In this document: positions 59,310 to 64,000 of the stretch, one piece after another | How positions within the stretch are numbered: position 1 is the stretch's first letter | How the letters are laid out: each line of letters begins with the position of its first letter | From: an uncultured bacterium | Lineage (GTDB): Bacteria; Omnitrophota; Gorgyraeia; Zapsychrales; Aceulaceae | Assembly: GCA_937930175.1 (NCBI GenBank) | Contig: CALGLP010000018.1 | Location: 14,193-78,192, forward strand | Reading direction: 5' to 3' | Length of the DNA: 64,000 nt | Notes under the pieces: model-generated | What the model saw: the letters and a program-made list of their open reading frames with translations, nothing else | What the model was told of the DNA's origin: nothing | Database searches by the model: none | Program-made: the position numbers and the translations under genes

Positions 59310-60254
59310 ATGGATATTGAAAACGTCATCATCATTGGTTCTGGCCCAGCAGGGCACACAGCAGCGATTTATGCCGCTCGCGCGCAACTTGAGCCCCTCA
59401 TGTTTGAAGGTATGATGGCTGGTGGCGTATCCGCTGGAGGCCAGCTCACCACCACAACACATATTGAAAATTTTCCCGGATTCCCCGAATCCATCCTTGG
59501 TTTTGACCTTATGGATCGCATGCGAAAACAATCAGCCCTGTCAGGAACAAGGATCGAAACAAAAACAGTTGAAAAAGTCGATCTGGCGTCAAAACCTTTC
59601 AAAGTCTTTTTTGATGGTGGCATTGCTCAGGCCCAAGCGCTTATTATCGCAACTGGTGCCACAGCCAAAAGACTTGGCATTAAAGGTGAGGAGCAATTCT
59701 GGCAAAAAGGAATATCGGCCTGCGCGGTTTGTGACGGTGGCTTGCCAGTTTTTCGCAACAAAATTCTTGCGGTGATCGGCGGAGGCGATACAGCCTGCGA
59801 AGAAACCCTTTATTTGACCAAATTTGCGAGCAAGGTATTGCTTTTTGTTCGACGCCATGTTTTGCGCGCTTCCCAGGCCATGCAAAACAAGATCCTGCAC
59901 CACCCTAAGGTTGAGATTATTTGGGAAACTCATGTGGTTGAGGCGTCAGGCGATCGCATGCTTTCAAAAATAAAAACACGTCACGCCAAAACAAACGAAG
60001 AGCGTCTTATTGATGTTAGCGGCCTTTTTTATGCTGTTGGCCACAAACCCAATACCGATTTTCTAGGCGGACAGCTCACGCTTGATACCGATGGATATGT
60101 TCAAACAAAGCCAGGAACAACGCAAACCAATATTCCCGGTGTTTTTGCTTGCGGTGATGTCCAAGATAAGCATTATCGTCAAGCCATCACCGCGGCCGGT
60201 TCCGGTTGCATGGCCGCGATGGAAGTGGATCGGTATTTAAAAGAAAATGAATAA
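59310..60254 (+). CDS. trxB: thioredoxin-disulfide reductase
   Basis: IIIGSGPAG, redox-active CAVCDG, second GGGDTA NADPH motif; 314 aa. Confidence 0.9.
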   Translation: MDIENVIIIGSGPAGHTAAIYAARAQLEPLMFEGMMAGGVSAGGQLTTTTHIENFPGFPESILGFDLMDRMRKQSALSGTRIETKTVEKVDLASKPFKVFFDGGIAQAQALIIATGATAKRLGIKGEEQFWQKGISACAVCDGGLPVFRNKILAVIGGGDTACEETLYLTKFASKVLLFVRRHVLRASQAMQNKILHHPKVEIIWETHVVEASGDRMLSKIKTRHAKTNEERLIDVSGLFYAVGHKPNTDFLGGQLTLDTDGYVQTKPGTTQTNIPGVFACGDVQDKHYRQAITAAGSGCMAAMEVDRYLKENE

Positions 60255-61140
60255 AAAAACCTTATCTTTTTTTAAAAAATGGGCGATGGCGATACGGCCA
60301 AGCTCGCTTTTGCTTTCTTCATCATCCGTGATCATCGGTATCGGCATGGCCTTTGGCGACGGTATTGGGCATTGGCCCTCAGCTATTTGCGCACTTGTTG
60401 GCGCATGGCTTTTGCAGATGTTAGTCAATCTCGTCAACGATCATGGTGATCTTGAAAAAGGCGCGGATAAAGAAGGGGATTTTGATCCCATGAGGGGTAT
60501 TTTGGTTGGCGTGATCAGCCTCAAAGAAATGCGTCAAGCCATTTTGATCGTTATCTTTCTGTTACTTTTTCCTTGTGCATACCTTATTTCCCGTGCAAGC
60601 TGGCCCATTTTGCTTGTTGCACTTTGTTCAGTCGCCGCGGCGATCTTTTACACCGCAGGAAAAAAACCTCTTGGCTACATAGGATTGGGTGATCTTCTTG
60701 TTTTTATTTTCTTTGGGCCGGTTGCTGTTGCAGGGACCTATTTTGTTCAAACCCACGAAATGAATCTCGCCGTTGTGCTCGCTGGCATTGCGCCGGGACT
60801 CTTAGCCGTCGGTGTTTTGACCATCAATAATATCCGTGATCATGCGCGCGACCAAAGCGTGAACAAGAAAACCCTAGTGGTGCGACTTGGAAAAGATTTT
60901 GGCCGCAGGGAATATGTGTTTTCAGTTTTTATCGCTTGCATTATGCCATTTATCATTTTTATTCTTACGCGACAACACCTAGGGACCGTTTTGGCCTCTG
61001 GAGCTTATTTTCTTGCTTTTCCCGCCATATCAATTGTGCTACGGGATTCCGAAACACAAATCATGAACCAAGCCATCGGCATCACGGTTCAAGTGTGTCT
61101 CATCTATAGTGTGATTTTTTCTGCAGGATGGTTTTTCTAA
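60247..61140 (+). CDS. menA: UbiA-family polyprenyltransferase, MenA-like (1,4-dihydroxy-2-naphthoate prenyltransferase)
   Basis: 8-9 TM helices; NDxxDxxxGxD-like motif (NLVNDHGDLEKGAD) and second Asp-rich motif (NNIRDHARD). Confidence 0.6.
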   Translation: MNKKTLSFFKKWAMAIRPSSLLLSSSSVIIGIGMAFGDGIGHWPSAICALVGAWLLQMLVNLVNDHGDLEKGADKEGDFDPMRGILVGVISLKEMRQAILIVIFLLLFPCAYLISRASWPILLVALCSVAAAIFYTAGKKPLGYIGLGDLLVFIFFGPVAVAGTYFVQTHEMNLAVVLAGIAPGLLAVGVLTINNIRDHARDQSVNKKTLVVRLGKDFGRREYVFSVFIACIMPFIIFILTRQHLGTVLASGAYFLAFPAISIVLRDSETQIMNQAIGITVQVCLIYSVIFSAGWFF

Positions 61141-61248
61141 ATCTACTTTGGTTCACCCCTTAAGAAAAGAGCGCCAGCAATAGCGTTTCCAAAACGCAAG
61201 GCGAACGGTGTCTCTTTTCTATTGCATGACTGTGAGTGTTCAGTTTTC

Positions 61249-61761
61249 TTACGTAGGTTCATTGCCACGGGCGATGAGGATTTTGCCCGTGCGTACAAGC
61301 TCGATCAAGCCAAGAACTTTAAGCGCAGCTTCTAGACCATCAATTTCTTCGGTTGTTCCTGTCTGCTCAACAACTAACGATTCGCTTGTTTTCTCAAGAA
61401 TAGAAGCATGAAATTTCTTCAAAAGCTTGGCAAGCGCAGCTTTTGATTTTGCCTTGTTGCTCACCTTAAAAAGCGCAAGCTCCTTTTCAATGCTTTTGCA
61501 TGCGTCATGCTCCTCAACGTTCAAGACATCAATGAGTTTTCCCGTTTGTTTGATGATTTGTTCAAGGGTTGCGGGATCGCCTTGGGCAGTGATCGTCATG
61601 CGTGAAAACCGCTCATCAAACGAAGGGGAGACCGTCAGAGAATCAATGTTAAATCCTCGACGGGCAAAGGCAAGCGCGATACGCACCAAAACGCCTGGTT
61701 TATTAGCTACAAGCAAACTAATCGTGTGCTGATTTTTTATTTTAGGTAATACTTTAGTCAT
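61249..61761 (-). CDS. ilvH: acetolactate synthase small (regulatory) subunit
   Basis: ISLLVANKPGVLVRIALAFARRGFNIDSLTV ACT domain of IlvH/IlvN; ATG 2 nt after the ilvB stop; AGGAG SD inside the ilvB 3' end. Confidence 0.85.
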   Translation of the reverse strand: MTKVLPKIKNQHTISLLVANKPGVLVRIALAFARRGFNIDSLTVSPSFDERFSRMTITAQGDPATLEQIIKQTGKLIDVLNVEEHDACKSIEKELALFKVSNKAKSKAALAKLLKKFHASILEKTSESLVVEQTGTTEEIDGLEAALKVLGLIELVRTGKILIARGNEPT

Positions 61762-61762
61762 A

Positions 61763-63472
61763 TTAGGCTCCTGCCTTGCTGGGAGGCTCAATGATCATAT
61801 GGTTAGCAGCTTTGCCCGCGGGAATCATCGGAAACACATTGTGCTCGCGAATAACATCCGCCTGGATCACCACAGGGCCATGATGTGCGATCGCTTCGGC
61901 TAAAACTTTTTGAATATCGTTGACATGGGTCAAATGAAGACCCTTGACGCCATAGGCTTCCGCAAGTTTCACAAAATCTGGATTGCCTTTAAGCTCAACG
62001 CCGGAAATACGATTATCAAAGAAAAGTTCTTGCCACTGTCTCACCATCCCAAGATATCGATTGGCCATGATGATCACCTTAACCGGCAATTTGTGCACCG
62101 CAGCTGTGGCCAGCTCGCAAAAAGTCATTTGAAATCCACCATCGCCGCAAATAGCAAAAACAAGATCTTGAGGCCGCCCAAATTGAGCGCCAATAGCTGA
62201 AGGAAATCCAAAGCCCATTGTTCCCAACCCTCCTGACGAAACCCATTGATCTGGCGCGTCACATTTATAAAACTGCGCGCTCCACATTTGATGCTGACCA
62301 ACGTCGGTGGCAACAATCGCTTTACCTTGGGTCATTTTATACATCTCATCAATGATCACAGGTGGTGTCAGGCCCCTAGCCACATCATAATGCAACGGAA
62401 ATTCTTTTTTCAAGGATTCAATTTCGTTAATCCATTCATTCGTGTCCATCGGGCTCACGAGATCTAACAGATCTTCAAGGACCGTTTTAGCGTCACCCAC
62501 ACAGAAGGCATCAGGAACAACGATTTTCCTGATTTCTGCAGGATCAATATCGATATGGATTTTCTTAGCGCCAACGCAAAATTCTGTATTATTGCCATTA
62601 ATGCGATCATCCCAGCGAGAACCAATAGAAAAAATAAGATCACAACGCGTCAAGGCTTTATTTGCGTAGGCCGTTCCATGCATCCCTACCATCCCCAACG
62701 ATAGGGGATGAGTTTCAGGAAAGCTACCTTTGCCAAGAAGCGTGCTCACCACCGGGGCTTGTAATTTTTCTGCCAATTGACGCATCTGGGCACTAGCTTT
62801 GGAAATTACAACGCCGTGGCCAGCCAACAGCAGAGGACGCTTTGACGTTTTCAAAAGCTTGGCGATTTTAAGGATATCTTCTTTTTTGCCCTTGGTTGGA
62901 AAGGTATATCCTGGAATATCCATCTTCTGTTCAAGGGACCCGGTAAAACTGCCCGCAGAAATATCTTTAGGCAAATCTAAAAGCACAGGGCCTGGACGTC
63001 CGGTATTGGCAATATGAAAAGATTCTTTAATAATACGAGGAATGTCACCGGTTGATTTAATAAGATAGCTGTGTTTAACAATCGGCATGGTGATGCCCGT
63101 AATATCCGCTTCTTGAAAAGCGTCTTTGCCAAGCAAATGCGTCACGCTTTGGCCGCACAAGATGATCATAGGCACAGAATCCATGTGAGCATTCGCGATA
63201 CCGGTGACGGTATTGGTAGCCCCTGGACCGCTTGTGACAAGCACTACACCAGGTTTTCCAGTCGCGCGGGCATAACCATCAGCAATATGCGTGGCCCCTT
63301 GTTCATGCCGGGTCAGGATAAATTTGATCTTTGAGGTTAACAGCGCATCAAAGATTGGGATCGAAACACCACCTGGGATGCCAAAAATATATTCCACGCC
63401 TTGCTGTTCAAGGCATTGGATCAGGATTTCTGCGCCTGTTAAAACTTTAAGATTCTTTGTTTGTTTAGTCAT
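61763..63472 (-). CDS. ilvB: acetolactate synthase large subunit (TPP enzyme)
   Basis: [21 protein letters not shown]-terminus, GDG..MT TPP motif ([10 protein letters not shown]), 569 aa. Confidence 0.9.
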   Translation of the reverse strand: MTKQTKNLKVLTGAEILIQCLEQQGVEYIFGIPGGVSIPIFDALLTSKIKFILTRHEQGATHIADGYARATGKPGVVLVTSGPGATNTVTGIANAHMDSVPMIILCGQSVTHLLGKDAFQEADITGITMPIVKHSYLIKSTGDIPRIIKESFHIANTGRPGPVLLDLPKDISAGSFTGSLEQKMDIPGYTFPTKGKKEDILKIAKLLKTSKRPLLLAGHGVVISKASAQMRQLAEKLQAPVVSTLLGKGSFPETHPLSLGMVGMHGTAYANKALTRCDLIFSIGSRWDDRINGNNTEFCVGAKKIHIDIDPAEIRKIVVPDAFCVGDAKTVLEDLLDLVSPMDTNEWINEIESLKKEFPLHYDVARGLTPPVIIDEMYKMTQGKAIVATDVGQHQMWSAQFYKCDAPDQWVSSGGLGTMGFGFPSAIGAQFGRPQDLVFAICGDGGFQMTFCELATAAVHKLPVKVIIMANRYLGMVRQWQELFFDNRISGVELKGNPDFVKLAEAYGVKGLHLTHVNDIQKVLAEAIAHHGPVVIQADVIREHNVFPMIPAGKAANHMIIEPPSKAGA

Positions 63473-63800
63473 AAGTCATCCTTCGCGATTAAATTTTAGA
63501 TTTATTCTTATACCATAAAATAAATCCCCAAGCAAACATTAAATCATCGTTTGATCAACTTCATTGACATTCCCGTATCCGCCGAGATTGTCTTCTTTGG
63601 CAGTCGTCTTGAAAAGCGTACTGGCATTGTCCTCTCGCGAGCTCCCTAGGCCTCAAATTTCCTCCGTTCCTTTTTAATCAGATCTGGGGTCTAGGACTGA
63701 CTCGATTTTCCTTAGTCTAAGATTAGAGGAAATCGAGACGTCTTAATTTCATCAAAACTTACATTTGGGATAATTACGGCGTCTGAACGAAGGGTAAGGC
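63473..63800 (-). promoter_or_regulatory. structured 5' leader of ilvBH (class undetermined)
   Basis: About 300 nt non-coding, on the minus strand upstream of ilvB. Contains a perfect 11-12 bp hairpin (ctcgattttcct / 14-nt loop / aggaaatcgag at about 63700-63738) and RBS AAGGATG before the ATG. No T-box consensus found. Confidence 0.3.
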
Positions 63801-64000
63801 CAACACGCCTCATGTAAACATGGAATTGTTCAACAACCTTATAATAATAAAGGCAAGGGTTAACATAGAATCGCCTATTTCGAAGTAATTATTGCCTATT
63901 TTTTCTTATCTTATTTCTCACCGTCGATGAAAGCGCTTTCCCCAAATGCCCCAAACCCCCTTGTTTTCTCTTATATATATTACATACTTTAAGTATAAGA

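Noticed and set aside
63473-63800. T-box riboswitch in the ilvB leader.
   Set aside because: The closest segment (uagggagcucgcgag) deviates from the AGGGUGGNACCGCG T-box core at several invariant positions, and no specifier-loop/antiterminator arrangement could be built by eye.

Overview
This 64 kb window is a low-GC (roughly 40%), gene-dense stretch of a bacterial chromosome. It is almost entirely housekeeping and central metabolism on the + strand, with no transposases, integrases or CRISPR arrays. The lineage cannot be assigned from the sequence alone.

Content in order:
- 1-1523: two minor-pilin/pseudopilin genes, the first cut by the window edge.
- 1590-4229 (minus strand): a secreted M16 zinc peptidase.
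- 4369-6204: ttcA and class II fructose-bisphosphate aldolase.
- 6319-8001: a thioredoxin-like/CcdA-type membrane fusion protein.
- 8103-8300: a tRNA-Lys(CUU) whose upstream region plus 5' end is tandemly duplicated.
- 8353-10108: a split transketolase.
- 10250-13670: a three-gene cluster (lipoprotein, Zn-ribbon membrane protein, and a cNMP-binding / degenerate MinD-ParA / patatin phospholipase).
- 13706-14740: a pyruvate kinase that lacks the C-terminal regulatory domain.
- 14761-16071: small CoA-binding, ACT-domain and EamA proteins.
- 16086-19105: a split cobalamin-dependent methionine synthase (separate activation-domain ORF plus MetH core).
- 19298-21723: an NTF2-like protein, queH, a SpoU methyltransferase and a YqaA membrane protein.
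- 21790-23352: a secreted FGE/SUMF1-domain protein interrupted by a single in-frame TAG.
- 23432-26802: HAD hydrolase, nadK, mutY, surE.
- 26885-31910: a six-gene phosphorelay cluster (REC-HD-GYP, cytoplasmic hybrid histidine kinase with a His-to-Tyr pseudo-HPt N-terminus, REC, CheX-like protein, HPt, REC).
- 31949-36087: gltA, pepA, fumC.
- 36354-41744: rseC-rnfBCDGEA, preceded by a consensus sigma70 promoter.
- 41930-42325: an acidic secreted protein.
- 42542-43567: an orphan AmmeMemoRadiSam-type radical SAM enzyme (AmrS-like).
- 43580-47644: xth, a PEBP-family protein, acnA.
- 47653-47874: a 73-aa ORF made only of NUMOD3 motifs, possibly a homing-endonuclease remnant.
- 47879-49087: three small hypotheticals.
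- 49162-53154: leuCD, aroC, an SDR.
- 53262-53909 (minus strand): an MBL hydrolase.
- 54044-56203: a thioredoxin-like protein and thiC.
- 56220-58043 (minus strand): a large unassigned Cys-rich protein with weak NMO/IMPDH-like motifs.
- 58147-61140: a BioB-family radical SAM enzyme, trxB, menA.
- 61249-63472 (minus strand): ilvBH, with a structured leader at 63473-63800.

I could not tie any region to a defined new system with confidence. The stretches most worth follow-up are the cNMP/pseudo-ParA/patatin cluster, the amber-interrupted FGE gene, the NUMOD3 mini-ORF, the pseudo-HPt phosphorelay and the NMO-like unknown.
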